A stretch of 64,000 bases of DNA from Antedon mediterranea (lineage: Eukaryota > Animalia > Echinodermata), in contig NC_092671.1 in the NCBI RefSeq assembly GCF_964355755.1, forward strand, positions 26,424,070-26,488,069, read 5' to 3'. Of this stretch, positions 1-12,630 are shown in pieces. Below the pieces are notes generated by a model. That model made no database searches. It was not told where the DNA came from and saw only the letters and a list, made by a program, of their open reading frames with translations. Within the stretch, counting starts at the first letter, position 1, and the number at the start of each line of letters is the position of its first letter. The position numbers were made by a program, and so were the translations under genes.

Positions 1-1848
1 TTTCATAGAGTAATCGGGTACTTACAGAGTGTGCCTTGCTATTATTTCATAGAGTAATCGGGTACTTACAGAGTGTGCCTTGCTATTATTTCATAGAGTA
101 ATCGGGTACTTACAGAGTGTGCCTTGCTATTATTTCATAGAGTAATCGGGTACTTACAGAGTGTACCTTGCTATTATTTCATAGAGTAATCGGGTACTTA
201 CAGAGTGTACCTTGCTATTATTTCATAGAGTAATCGGGTACTTACAGAGTGTACCTTGCTATTATTTCATAGAGTAATCGGGTACTTACAGAGTGTGCCT
301 TGCTATTATTTCATAGAGTAATCGGGTACTTACAGAGTGTACCTTGCTATTATTTCATAGAGTAATCGGGTACTTACAGAGTGTACCTTGCTATTATTTC
401 ATAGAGTAATCGGGTACTTACAGAGTGTGCCTTGCTATTATTTCATAGAGTAATCGGGTACTTACAGAGTGTGCCTTGCTATTATTTCATAGAGTAATCG
501 GGTACTTACAGAGTGTACCTTGCTATTATTTCATAGAGTAATCGGGTACTTACAGAGTGTGCCTTGCTATTATTTCATAGAGTAATTGGGTACTTACAGA
601 GTGTGCCTTGCTATTATTTCATAGAGTAATCGGGTACTTACAGAGTGTGCCTTGCTATTATTTCATAGAGTAATCGGGTACTTACAGAGTGTACCTTGCT
701 ATTATTTCATAGAGTAATCGGGTACTTACAGAGTGTGCCTTGCTATTATTTCATAGAGTAATTGGGTACTTACAGAGTGTGCCTTGCTATTATTTCATAG
801 AGTAATCGGGTACTTACAGAGTGTGCCTTGCTATTATTTCATAGAGTAATCGGGTACTTACAGAGTGTGCCTTGCTATTATTTCATAGAGTAATCGGGTA
901 CTTACAGAGTGTGCCTTGCTATTATTTCATAGAGTAATCGGGTACTTACAGAGTGTACCTTGCTATTATTTCATAGAGTAATTGGGTACTTACAGAGTGT
1001 GCCTTGCTATTATTTCATAGAGTAATTAGGTACTTACAGAGTGTGCCTTGCTATTATTTCATAGAGTAATTAGGTACTTACAGAGTGTGCCTTGCTATTA
1101 TTTCATAGAGTAAACGGGTACTTACAGAGTGTACCTTGCTATTATTTCATAGAGTAATTGGGTACTTACAGAGTGTACCTTGCTATTATTTCATAGAGTA
1201 ATTGGGTACTTACAGAGTGTGCCTTGCTATTATTTCATAGAGTAATTGGGTACTTACAGAGTGTACCTTGCTATTATTTCATAGAGTAATTGGGTACTTA
1301 CAGAGTGTGCCTTGCTATTATTTCATAGAGTAATTGGGTACTTACAGAGTGTACCTTGCTATTATTTCATAGAGTAATTGGGTACTTACAGAGTGTACCT
1401 TGCTATTATTTCATAGAGTAATCGGGTACTTACAGAGTGTGCCTTGCTATTATTTCATAGAGTAATCGGGTACTTACAGAGTGTGCCTTGCTATTATTTC
1501 ATAGAGTAATTGGGTACTTACAGAGTGTACCTTGCTATTATTTCATAGAGTAATTGGGTACTTACAGAGTGTGCCTTGCTATTATTTCATAGAGTAATCG
1601 GGTACTTACAGAGTGTGCCTTGCTATTATTTCATAGAGTAATCGGGTACTTACAGAGTGTGCCTTGCTATTATTTCATAGAGTAATTGGGTACTTACAGA
1701 GTGTACCTTGCTATTATTTCATAGAGTAATTGGGTACTTACAGAGTGTACCTTGCTATTATTTCATAGAGTAATTGGGTACTTACAGAGTGTACCTTGCT
1801 ATTATTTCATAGAGTAATTGGGTACTTACAGAGTGTGCCTTGCTATTA
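1..1848. repeat. 44-bp minisatellite, about 42 copies, runs off the left edge of the window
   Basis: Unit TTTCATAGAGTAAT(C/T)GGGTACTTACAGAGTGT(G/A)CCTTGCTATTA repeated head to tail with no spacers. Confidence 0.98.
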
Positions 1849-2792
1849 TTTTAAATTACCAATGTTGCTTTTGTGTTTACATCATTGTTGACTCGAGAAT
1901 AGTTAATAATTTTCAATTTGTCATAATGTTCAATCAGTAATATCTTTAAGAAACTATTAATTATTCAGTAATTTTGGCTACTGTATGCGACAATTGAGAA
2001 GGATTTATTTTTATTTCATGTTTATTTTCATAGAAAATTTAAATGTCAGATGTGATGAACAATTAATTAACCCTAATGACTTTTTAATGTTTTGAGAAGG
2101 TTATGCTCCATCACAGTATCATTTAAATAGTTTTTCAGTAATTGTTTTCTATTCTGAATTTAAGCTGGTAAACCTCATTATTATACCAAAATGGAATAAC
2201 TAAAGTTATGGAATATAAATAACCATATGACACAACAATCAACATAAATTTGTCAATTTTATCGTTTAAAATACTGTTAATTTTTCATTACTTTAAATAG
2301 TTATAATATTGGTTTTTAGAACTTTTTTTTTAAAATTTTTATTACTTTATGGTAAACTACCACTTTGAAAACATTAAATCTGCAATTACAAAAAAATTTA
2401 AAAAGGGATTTTTTGGTGGACACATGATTATATTGCAAAGGTATAATTTCATTCATTTAATTACAATAGATTGTCTCAAGGGCAAGACCAATGTAATATT
2501 GATTTAGAGATCAAATATTAGGAACCTGAGCAAATTTGATACGCAAAAAGACTTTTGTTATTGAAGTACAGTAGTAGTCGTGCAATTCAACATTTGTTTT
2601 GTAAGTTATCTGTTTATTTGCAATGAACCAATTCATAGTATTAATCTCTGTATTATTTTACTCACAGGCTATGGACATCATTTAAAAAGAACCCATCGCA
2701 ACAATCGTCAGGACTGAATATGAATTTTCAAACAGCCAGCTAGAATAGGTTATAGGTTATACAGAATGATAAAAAAACATTAAGAGATAAAT

Positions 2793-4016
2793 ATGTATTA
2801 CCATTACATGCCCAGAGAAATTGACTTCATGGACAACCATAAATACTCTAAAGAGAATTACTCAAGAGATATAAATGACAACCAATGGCAGAGTTCAGAA
2901 AATAGCCAGTTTAGGTCAGTTGATCAGCATAGTAGAGACGACGAAACATCACTACCAATTGACAATCGACAGAGAATAGAAAGTAATCCTACTGCTGGAA
3001 ACAATGTGAACAGAACCCAGAAATCAAGTCCATTCATTGTACATCAATCTTCTATGGAATTTCGTAAAAATCGACAAATGGTTGACAGTTATCAGGGAAG
3101 GAAGGATGCAGGCTTTTTCTGGGATACAGGTTTTTACTGGAAAAGAGTGACTAGAGATCCTGAAAGATTGGACATTAGTTCACAGGATTTGAATAAACGA
3201 AAAGCGCCATCAAAGGAATTCCTTTATCCGCACATGTCTACTCCAAATTCTGAAAATTACCATTCACCTCAAGGAAAACCAATGGTTGCTTTGTCACCAG
3301 AAGTATCACCTGTAAAGAGAACCTATGACAATCGCGCATATTTTCAAGAATATTCAAGATTGCCCCAAGATTCGAGAGTAAGAAGTCCAACTTTAAGCCA
3401 TTCTTCCAAAGGATCAAATAGAAGAGATTCTCCTCAAGAAAGATATCACAGCCCTTACAGTGACAGACCAGAATCACATGAAAGATATCCACCCAAAGGT
3501 TATCAACACACAAATCAGCCAAGAAATGATTCCAGAGAGAGATTCCAGGAATCTGTTTCTCCTGTGAGGAGCTCAAAAGAATACTACCATAGATCAAAAC
3601 CTACTACAACTGCAGTTTCTAGGAGCACTCCACCTCTAAAATCGATCCCTAAAGAAAGTTCAAAATATATTCCCAATAAACAGAAATCTTCAGTTTCTCC
3701 TTCAACAGATGCCCCAGTGGAAAAGCATAGATCTCCTAAAAGCTCCAAAAAGCCAGATGGTTCTCAAATAAAAAATCGACGGTCTGCAAACATTGTTGAT
3801 TTAGACAAAGTGATGACATCACCACTGACTTCTCCACTGACATCTCCATCTACTCAAACAAACATTTCTGGAAAAATAAGTACTCCTGTCAGTACAATAT
3901 CAAATTCAAAATCACCAGTTGTTGGCAAGGTATCAAGGAACGATAGCGACATCAAAGCTTTTAAAGAAGAAAAAATGATGCCTGATGTAATCGGAATAAA
4001 GAATCAACAAAAGCAG
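2793..4016 (+). CDS. First coding exon (408 codons) of a large Ser/Pro/Arg-rich, probably disordered protein
   Basis: Long ORF in otherwise stop-rich DNA. ATG at 2793 is preceded by an in-frame TAA (2781). Acceptor-like TTTTACTCACAG ends at 2667. Donor CAG|GTTAGT after 4016 is phase 0 and joins exon 36517 in frame. Confidence 0.8.
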
Positions 4017-4107
4017 GTTAGTACCAGTTTAAATAAACATTGGTTATTGTTCTAAAATGATGATGATGATGGGATTGAAAAGGGCTGACAGAATAAGAGA
4101 AAATACA

Positions 4108-4206
4108 TTTACCACTCTTAACAGCCAACCCATATTCATGTACACCCTTTATTAAGGGGACACTTTGTTGGTTCCCAAAGGTATCCCCTAAATATGAGTA
4201 CTACTG
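4108..4206. mobile_element. Decayed short pogo/Tigger-like MITE fragment, related to 46285-46457
   Basis: Shares ACCC.TATTCA, GGGGACAC and GGT.TCCCCT.AAT motifs and a CTACTG end with the copy at 46.3 kb. Confidence 0.4.
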
Positions 4207-4656
4207 CATTATTATTTAAATGATTACATGCCCTTTAATTTTCAGAAATTTAAACTATTTCTAAACATTCTGCTACTTGTAAGGTTCATTAAAGAGTTGA
4301 TGTCTTGTACCTCCTGCAATACTTTTTTCCCTTCAATCTCAAATTTACCATCTTAATCCTTGTACCATTCCAATATGCTTGTTAATTTCCTATGGGAGCT
4401 CTTTACTAATCATGTTAAGATGTTTAAAGTTTAATCTTTGTTATACATGATTTACCAGCTCAAGTTCCAATTACCAACATGATTTACTTACATTGCAAAT
4501 CAATCAATTAGACTTATTTGGAGCGATAATATTTAAAATGTAAATTTCCAAATGGAATTTCCTTTAGATTAAACAATTACAGTAGTCAACATGATTATCA
4601 ACAGATAATAAATTAAGGCACACCAACAGTTTTTTGATGTAATACCACTTGTCTTA

Positions 4657-5820
4657 GACCGTGTTCGTACGGCGATTGAAATACACGTTTATTTGGTTTT
4701 TACCCTTGGGGTAAAACCCATACGACGTTCGTACGAATAAACAAAGTACCGGTAAGCTGACACGAAACCAATTAAGATCGGAATTCTTAGGTCAAAAAGC
4801 GCCCTCTGTGCGTCGACCCATATCAATTGACATGGCGTGTTGACAAATTCAACTGGATATTGCATGTCGTTTCGCGCGCGAATCGTTCAATTAATATTTT
4901 TCAATCGACAACCAGACCTATATATTTATAATACATCGAATACAATTTACTTTTTAAATAAATAATGATCGAAAATCCTGCTAACGTATGTTGTTTGTTG
5001 ACTACGTGTATCGTGCGAGCCGAACTATTGTTGTGGAAATTCCATTTAATGTACACGCACTGTACCCCTCTTGTAAAAATCACCACGTGTATTTATCGTG
5101 CGTGCGAGCCGAACTATTGTTGTGGAAATTCCATTTAATGTACACGCACTGTACCCCTCTTGTAAAAATCACCACGTGTATTTATCGTGCGAGCCGAACT
5201 ATTGTTGTGGAAATTCCATTTAATGTACACGCACTGTACCCCTCTTGTAAAAATCACCACGTGTATTTATCGTGCGAGCCGAACTATTGTTGTGATAACG
5301 CACTGTACCCCTCTTGTAAAAATTACCACGTGTATTCATCGTGTGAGCCGAACTATTGTTGTAAAAATTCCATTTAACACGCACTGTACCCCTCTTATCG
5401 TGCGAGCCGAACGGTTGATGTGGTAATTCACAGACACCCTGCCGTTACATGTACATTATAAGCCACCGATTCGCAAGTTCAGGTCACCGGAAAAAAACCA
5501 ACGAGTTGATTATTTATATATAATTTTACAAAACAATAGATATACATTCGCATTAACGAAAAAGAACATTTTAAACAATAATTGTTAAACAATCAGAAAG
5601 CTTATTTGAGGTCGCGATTTGACATGACCCCGTTAACGCTTGATTAATTATACCCCGAGGCAGCGTGTAATTGGAATGGGATTGAAATAACCAGTAAAGT
5701 TGGTGGATTTTTCGTCCAGATGGTTTTCTAATTTTTTATAGCCAGAGGCGTAAGTTAATTGCCACACGCGACCTCACAGTTGGAAGTACACGGTAGTTTC
5801 AGTCCCGTCCGAACGGGCCC
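4657..5820. mobile_element. Non-autonomous PIF/Harbinger-like element with an internal tandem repeat
   Basis: TTA on both flanks (4654-56, 5821-23). Imperfect TIR GACCGTGTTCGTACGG...TGAAA / TTTCAGTCCCGTCCGAACGGGCCC. CpG-rich interior. Confidence 0.7.
5004..5413. repeat. 85-bp tandem repeat (3 full plus 2 shortened copies) inside the transposon
   Basis: CGTGCGAGCCGAACTATTGTTGTG recurs at about 5012, 5101, 5186 and 5271, with truncated copies near 5340 and 5399. Confidence 0.92.
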
Positions 5821-5864
5821 TTAGAGCGGTTTTCAAATTGTTTTCTTTTTTTCCTCCCTTTGAG

Positions 5865-5891
5865 GGAAAAGGCCTATGTTGTTTTATCCAG
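5865..5891 (+). CDS. Candidate 27-nt symmetric microexon (GKGLCCFIQ)
   Basis: Long polypyrimidine tract plus GAG acceptor (5864), perfect donor CAG|GTAAGT, phase 0-0, no stop codon. Confidence 0.3.
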
Positions 5892-6325
5892 GTAAGTGAC
5901 TCACTCATCATACTGTACTGTCACCAGTACTAATTGTGTAGTTTTGTATCTGATAAAAGATAAGTTGGTGAATTAGATAGCAGCTGTAGATTTCATACTA
6001 AATGTAAGTTAATAAATTAATTTTTGATTCGTTTGTAATTTTGGCCAATAAACAGACGTGCTACAAAGTTTTATTTTAACTATGAGGCATTTTGAAAATT
6101 TTGTCTTGACATTTTCAATTTACACCACCATATATTACAGTAGAAAAGCGAATGTAACTTTGAAGGTCTGAATGTAGAGATTAGGAGAACACAAGATTAT
6201 TTTACAGTAAAGTACATTTTTTATTTACTATATCATGTACAGTATGATGTAAGTTTGTTTGAGTCATTGAAATAAACAACCTAATTTCGAACATTAAACA
6301 TGTTGAAGAGTAAACAAAATATGTA

Positions 6326-7075
6326 CCGTAGTTCCTCGGGTATAATCCCACCTCGGGTATAATCCCACCCCCGACTTTACGATTACCTTCACACGCAAGC
6401 ATATCCCCGGGGAAAGTCCCAGTGTATAATTTTACATTAGGCCAGAGGTGGGCCTAGGCCTACTGTAGCTAGCTAAGCCGACGTCAATTTCTCACCAAAA
6501 AAATAGAGTGATTTCTCTGAATTTGGCTGACTTAAAACTCATCAAACATTGTTAAGTTGAATACAACCTTAAGGCCCCGATCGTCACGTTCTGTACATCC
6601 TTTCGCCGTCGTGTACATTCTTTCTTGTTGTTTACACTACTGTGCATGCTTGATTACCGTAAAAAAAACACCGCCCTCTATACCGACCAGCTTGTGCACA
6701 GTAGAGTTTGTGTCACATGCAACAACATGCGATTCGAGCGTGTGAGTGAACATGTATCGATCGAGTTCATGTCGATTTAGGAAGCTAGGCCTAGATCACA
6801 TTTTAGGGTATTTTTTAAGTAGAAATCTCGGGGAAAATCTATACGGTAGGCATAGCACAGGTAAGACCAATTAGGCCGCCTAGGCCTAGATGGCCTGGCC
6901 GTCTAATTGCTAGGCCTACATCGGAATATAGCTTTTAGATAGCCTAAATCGTAGCTAGAAGAAATATCGTCATTTTCAGTTCATGCAGCGGGAAATCCCC
7001 GGGTATAGTCCCACCTCCCAAATTCGGGCAAATTTCACGTACAAGGGGGGTGGGATTATACCCGGGGAACTACGG
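6326..7075. mobile_element. Tc1/mariner (pogo/Tigger-like) MITE
   Basis: TA on both flanks. TIR CCGTAGTTCC(T/C)CGGGTATAATCCCACC, with internal copies of the GGGTATAATCCCACC motif. Confidence 0.9.
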
Positions 7076-7173
7076 TAGTAGTAGAATAAATGTTGACATG
7101 GTCCCTGTAATAATATTTCTCCATAAAAAAAAAACATGGATAGAAGTTATACACCAAATTACACATTTTTTAA

Positions 7174-8944
7174 AGACACCCGAGTCCCTACAATTTGGCG
7201 CTCCTGAAAACGATCAAAGGAGCGCCTAAAATAGCGCTCCCCCAACCTGTTACAGTGCGTCATAAAAATATATATAATGATAAGAATATTAACCCCGAAT
7301 ACAACACACAGTCTATATATAGTCGCGCAAACGATCTTTGTTATGGCTACCCCCGATAGGCTAGGCGCGCCTACGATCTTTGATGTTGCGAGAAAAATAT
7401 CGTAAACAATTCATTCTAAATATAGTATCAGAACGTTCAATCGGTAGCTCAAGAAGACTGCCGTCAGAAGACCGTAATTATACAGACCTAGTTTTTTTGG
7501 TCACATGGCATGAAACGCGATATTCTCTGCTTTACCGCAACATCTCACATGTTTTTTTTTTAACTCAGTATGTGAGGGTGGCTGCCGACGATAAACAATA
7601 ATTAAGATCGTGTACCTGGATTTTGTGTCACATGACATGAAACACTCTCTCTGATCTTAATAACTGCTCACATGTTTTCCCCTCCAAATTCTGGTCGGGC
7701 CTTTTCTTATACACATGTCGCCTTTATGTTAAATCTTATAGTAATTAATATGGAATATATATTTATTTTGCATATATTTTGTTGGTTTCCTAGCCTAGGT
7801 GTCGTCGTTTTTATAATTCGCTAACCCAAGGTAGGATTAAATAATTTATAGTGTAGGCCGCCGAAACTAGACTAGATAGATAGCCTCGACTCTCTCTCTC
7901 TGCTGAGAGGTCCACGGACCCGATGTCGTCTCGTCGGCGGATTTCCGTCCAAATAATAGGATAACCGATGCGTAGGCCTAGCTAGGATGGCTACAAAAAT
8001 TGACGTCTACTATCTTTAGATAGGATTTTAATTAGCAAACAATACATTGTTTGTTTGCATTGTCCATGCTTCTAAAGTAAAAAAGGCGATGACAATGGTG
8101 TTTACTAACCCTACGAACCACCCTACGATCGACGCGTAGATAATTTAATATCATAACATTAACAATACATCGTAGACTACGTTCAGAGAACAATGAATTT
8201 TACGTGCGAGAGTACCATTTCCGGCCATCTAGAGGTGTCATTTATCAAAATTCGGCTCGCCACAGGCCCAACCATGGTGGGCCTGTGCCTCGAATACTTA
8301 ATCAAAATAATGGCTCTCCTCAACATATTTATATTTATAAATCAAGGTCTGATATATATTACTTTAAAAACATCAAACCAGGTCATTCCATGTCTTAAAT
8401 GTACGTTTCATGGTAAATTATGATAAAAAGTGAGAAACAATGCACTACCTAAGTAGCTCGCGGCGAATGACCTCTCGTGGACGGTCTTTAGGCCTAGCCT
8501 AGCTACTGTAGGCTTAGTTTTGTAGGCCTAGCTGGTAAACATCGGTAATGTACGAACATCGTACGCTAGCTATATACCTAGCCTGACGTTGTATAGTTGC
8601 TGCATTAATTGTCTTTCTATTTTTGCCAGACTCCGTTGATACAAATTGGGGAAAACCCGGTATTTTTGCTGAAAAGTTAGGAGTCTTCCATTTGTTTTGG
8701 CCTCACGATCGATCGAAAAGTGGGTGAATTACAGAAGAAAAACAGAAATATCAATCCGCGCGCAATGCATTTTGGGATTTATAGCGTCGCGGGCGGCTAT
8801 AATTATTAGAATCGACTTATTTTTCACATTTTTAACTGTTTAAAGACGAAAAAAGTTATCGCAATAGGACCATATAGTATTATTTTTACATTAAATATAG
8901 TTTGTGATCTTAAATTAGATCTAAAAAACGTAGGGAAGGTGTCT
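7174..8944. mobile_element. Non-autonomous Kolobok-like element, about 1.8 kb
   Basis: TTAA on both flanks (7170-73, 8945-48). Termini AGACACC...CCCTAC / GTAGGGAAGGTGTCT. 5'-RR ends with a TTAA TSD are typical of Kolobok. CpG-rich, no long ORF. Confidence 0.75.
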
Positions 8945-9365
8945 TTAAGTTAAAAGACAAGATGGCATGACATGTTTAGCACAATGGGGTTTCCAACATG
9001 CCAATCATTTGGTAATCACATTTTTTCTCTGGTAATAACTGTATCCCAGTAGGTGGGGTGTATTATTGGTGAGAGAAGACCCACTTTCTGTCCATGTCTA
9101 TGACATTTCTGTAAGTGGGGTGCAAATTTGGTGATAGAAGACCCACTTTCTACCATCCTTTTGTGACATTCCTATGGATTATCGTGACACCTTGGTATCT
9201 GCTAAACTGCTAGAAGGTTGTTTTCAACATTCTTCTGCAATACATTATAATATTATTTGATAGAGAAAAAATATGATACAGATAATCAACATTTTGTGAT
9301 AATAAAATCATATCAATCAATCCCTACATTCACAAAATTTTTTAAATCCCACTAAAGTTTTCTCA

Positions 9366-10230
9366 GGGCCTGTTTCTGCTGAGCAGAAACAATCGATTAT
9401 TAACCGTTTATTTTTTTAATCGATTATTTTTGGGCAGCAGAAACGGCGCAAAATAAAATAACCAATTAAATATTGCGTGTTTTAATCGATTATTTCTTGT
9501 TTTAACCGATTATTGCGGAGCAGTTTTGAGCTGCAACACAAATAGCGATTATTGACCTAACTCTGACCTCTAGAGTATGGCAAACTCATTCACGTCACAA
9601 AAAGCATGCTGTTTATTTGCGCGATATCGACGACGATCAGCAAAACAACGATCGCGATGTAGACCGAATAACAATCAAATGTTAACATTTGATTTTTATT
9701 ATTTTGTGGGGGAGAATTATACCGAGAGACTCCATAATTCTGTGTTACAAGTACACCGTTACATCCCACTAGTCCAGACTAACGATGTTTTACATGTCCT
9801 TTTTTAGGCCTGTTGTCTGTTGACTTGTTTCGGTAGAAATATATATAGGCCTAGCAGGCCGGAGGTAGAACCAACGAACGGCGAAACAAACTTTTCTCGC
9901 CGACGTGTCCTTATTAATATAACATCATTATTCTATTGTATGTGATACGGTAGTAGGCCTAGATGTTTATTTTACAATCTTTACGTAAAAGTAATTTTTA
10001 ATCCTACATGTGAGAGTTTTAGGCAGCGATAGGATGTAAACAAACCAACTCTCATCGGACCTTCATAACTTGAACTGTGGTGTGGGGGAATGATGACGTG
10101 ATTTTAAAAACCGATTACCTGAATAACCGATTAAAGTCGTAGCATTTTTCACTTACAACGCGATTATTTTTGTGGTTTGCGGTGACTGAAAAAAATTGAT
10201 TATTTTGATTTTTTCAGCAGAAACAGACCC
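9366..10230. mobile_element. PIF/Harbinger-like MITE
   Basis: TCA TSD. TIR GGGCCTGTTTCTGCTGA / TCAGCAGAAACAGACCC. Subterminal AA(T/C)CGATTA repeats. Confidence 0.9.
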
Positions 10231-10310
10231 TCAAAGCTGGCTTTTTGTATAGATAATTTTTAACTTTACAAGGTCCTTTTTCTAGCAAAATATTCTGCGA
10301 ATAGGTTTTA

Positions 10311-10820
10311 GGCCTTGTTTCTGCTGCCAAGTAAATACCGATAAAATACGGTATTAATTTATATCGTATTTTTGGTACCCGTTTCTGCTGCTAATAAAAA
10401 ATACTGCATACATTTTTTCTGTAAGCTTTTTACACATGGATGGATAATATAGTCAACGAAAGTAAGGAACAACATCACAATATTTACAAATAATCTGTTA
10501 AGGAAACAAATATTTTGGGAAAATTAAAAAGCAACAAACAGTACAGCCAGATTTATAAAGATGATTTAGCAAAAATTTTAAAAAGTTTGGGGTGTGCGAA
10601 CTTGTCGTTAAAACAAGTCAATATAAAAACAAACAGAGACTGTGAAAACAGAGACTGTGAAAGCAGAGGCTAAAACACCCAATACCAAAGATAACAAATT
10701 CTATTTTATTTGGCTTGTTTGGTAAAAAAGATGAACTTTAACAAATAAAATACGGTATATACCATATTTTATACTGTATTTTTATACCGTATTTTGAGGA
10801 TATGCAACAGAAACAGGCCC
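10311..10820 (+). mobile_element. PIF/Harbinger-like MITE with ends of the same family as 18146 and 29699
   Basis: TTA TSD. TIR GGCCTTGTTTCTGCTGC / GCAACAGAAACAGGCCC. ATACCGTAT/ATACGGTAT subterminal motifs. Confidence 0.88.
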
Positions 10821-12346
10821 TTAGAAGAATATAAAAACCTTGCAAAAATTAATGGTACAGTACCATATTTATTTTATTTGTGGAATTATTATGGTATTTG
10901 GCCATAACTTCAGTTATGAAAAGGCATTTTGAGTAATATTAATGATGAATTTTTAATAGGACCACACAAGAAGCAATTATAAAAGATTCAATGCATCTTT
11001 ATTTTGATAAATCAATCAGTGAAAAAATCCTAAAAGTAAAATAGTATTTTTGAAAGGAGGTTGTCTTTCATGACCTACAAATATTCTAAACTTGAACTGT
11101 TGTTCTTTCTTGTTATTTAATTCCTTTAATTCTCTGTTAGAATTTCTTTAATTGGATGACATAATATTTTCACTGAATAATAATTGTTTCAATTTGAATA
11201 ACATTTTAATGTGACAATTATTGACTTTTTAACCAGAAATTGAATTGGAATGACAAATTTATGAAAAAACTATAATTTTAAGGAAAAAATAATTTTAACA
11301 TTTTATTTTAAATAAAAGTATACAAAAAAAAACTGTATGGCTTATTTAAAGTTTCTGACTCTATTTTGGGACATCTTTAAAAGGGGAACATCTGGATTAT
11401 ATCCAAAAATATTATATGGGCTAAATGAGGTAATGACCTAGATGTAACATGTAATTTGACAATTTTAAAACATAGTTATTGGCTTAAATGCTGGGGGCAT
11501 GTAAATTAAGATGTCTATGAATCTCATTATAAGTAATAGTGATACTCAATGTGAGCTTAACTAACATGTTTTTTATCTCTGCAAAAAGATTTCAATTTAC
11601 ATTTAATGGCTGCTAATAGTATGCCTATACTGCTGCACGAAATCTACAGTATCTAATGAAATGTACAAATAATTTGTGTATGGTAGCCTACAGTTTATAG
11701 TCCCTTATGTAGGACTTTGACGCCTCTATTGTGGTTGTTTAAACTGTATTATACATGTACTACGTTTTATCCTTAGTTTATTAAAAGATGTCTCCCCTAT
11801 TTATACAGTATAATAATAAACAAATCATAGTCATACAATAAATCAATTTATTACATAGTATAGTGTTTCCTTTCATCTTTCTAATTTTTAACTTCCTCAC
11901 TAAATCAATTTTCTTATGAAAACATTTCTGTAGAATATTTTTGAAGGGTTGTTTTGGTGTTTCATTGTTTATGTTTCGGAGATATATCCCAAAGGGAAGA
12001 CCATACACTGTTGTTTTGATTTGGCCTTTGATGACAGAATCAACTGTGCCAGGCAGCAGGCCAACATTACAACAGTCCCATCATAAAATTAATCAGTAGA
12101 CATTTAAAAGCACATCCACTAGAAATTAATCAGTTTGTTAATCATCCTTAATGGGTCAAAGTTCAGCCTGTCAAAGTACTTTGATTGTTTGTGACTCTTT
12201 ACTCCTCATGCAGAGTTTTATGTTCAGCACTTAACTAATGATCATTGCTTTAAATGTAAGCTGAAGTATCGTTTTATTTGAGGATTTATGGATTATTTTT
12301 CGACTATATGAATTTGGAATTATTACGATGGATTATTAATTAATAA

Positions 12347-12382
12347 ATGGGGAACAACTGTGGATCATGTCGTCAAAGAAAG
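12347..12382 (+). CDS. Candidate alternative first coding exon MGNNCGSCRQRK with a GC-AG donor
   Basis: ATG to AAG|GCAAGT (consensus GC donor), phase 0, matching the exon 36517 acceptor. Gly2, Cys5, Cys8 and a basic tail resemble acylated N-termini. Confidence 0.6.
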
Positions 12383-12506
12383 GCAAGTGCAATTTTATAT
12401 TATGATAGATTGTTAGGTTATGTATTATGTTGTATATTCAATTCAATGGCAATTCTGATCTTGACTGTAGGAATCCTTGTGAAGTAAATGGATTTAAACC
12501 ATTTAA

Positions 12507-12630
12507 ATCAAGTTCAAGTTTATTGTTCACACAATTCAAAATATAATATGATAATACAGAACATACAATAATAAATACAATTGTGTGAGGAGGACGCATT
12601 AAGCAAAGGCTTTAAGTTTGGTCCTCCAGA
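12507..12630 (-). mobile_element. Probable 3' tail of a CR1/L2-type retroelement
   Basis: On the minus strand, a GGAGGAC...GTCCTCC stem is followed by AATAAAC and short TTGAA(C)-type tail repeats. Confidence 0.4.

Noticed and set aside
1-1848. CRISPR-like appearance of the 39-44 bp arrays
   Set aside because: Units are contiguous with no unique spacers, there are no cas genes, and the context is eukaryotic.
4017-4055. C-terminal tails of the two long ORFs (also 41417-41454) as true protein ends
   Set aside because: Both follow good splice donors and shift to intron-like composition, so they are read-through into introns.
4988-5426. 129- and 79-aa ORFs
   Set aside because: Translations of the 85-bp repeat inside a MITE.
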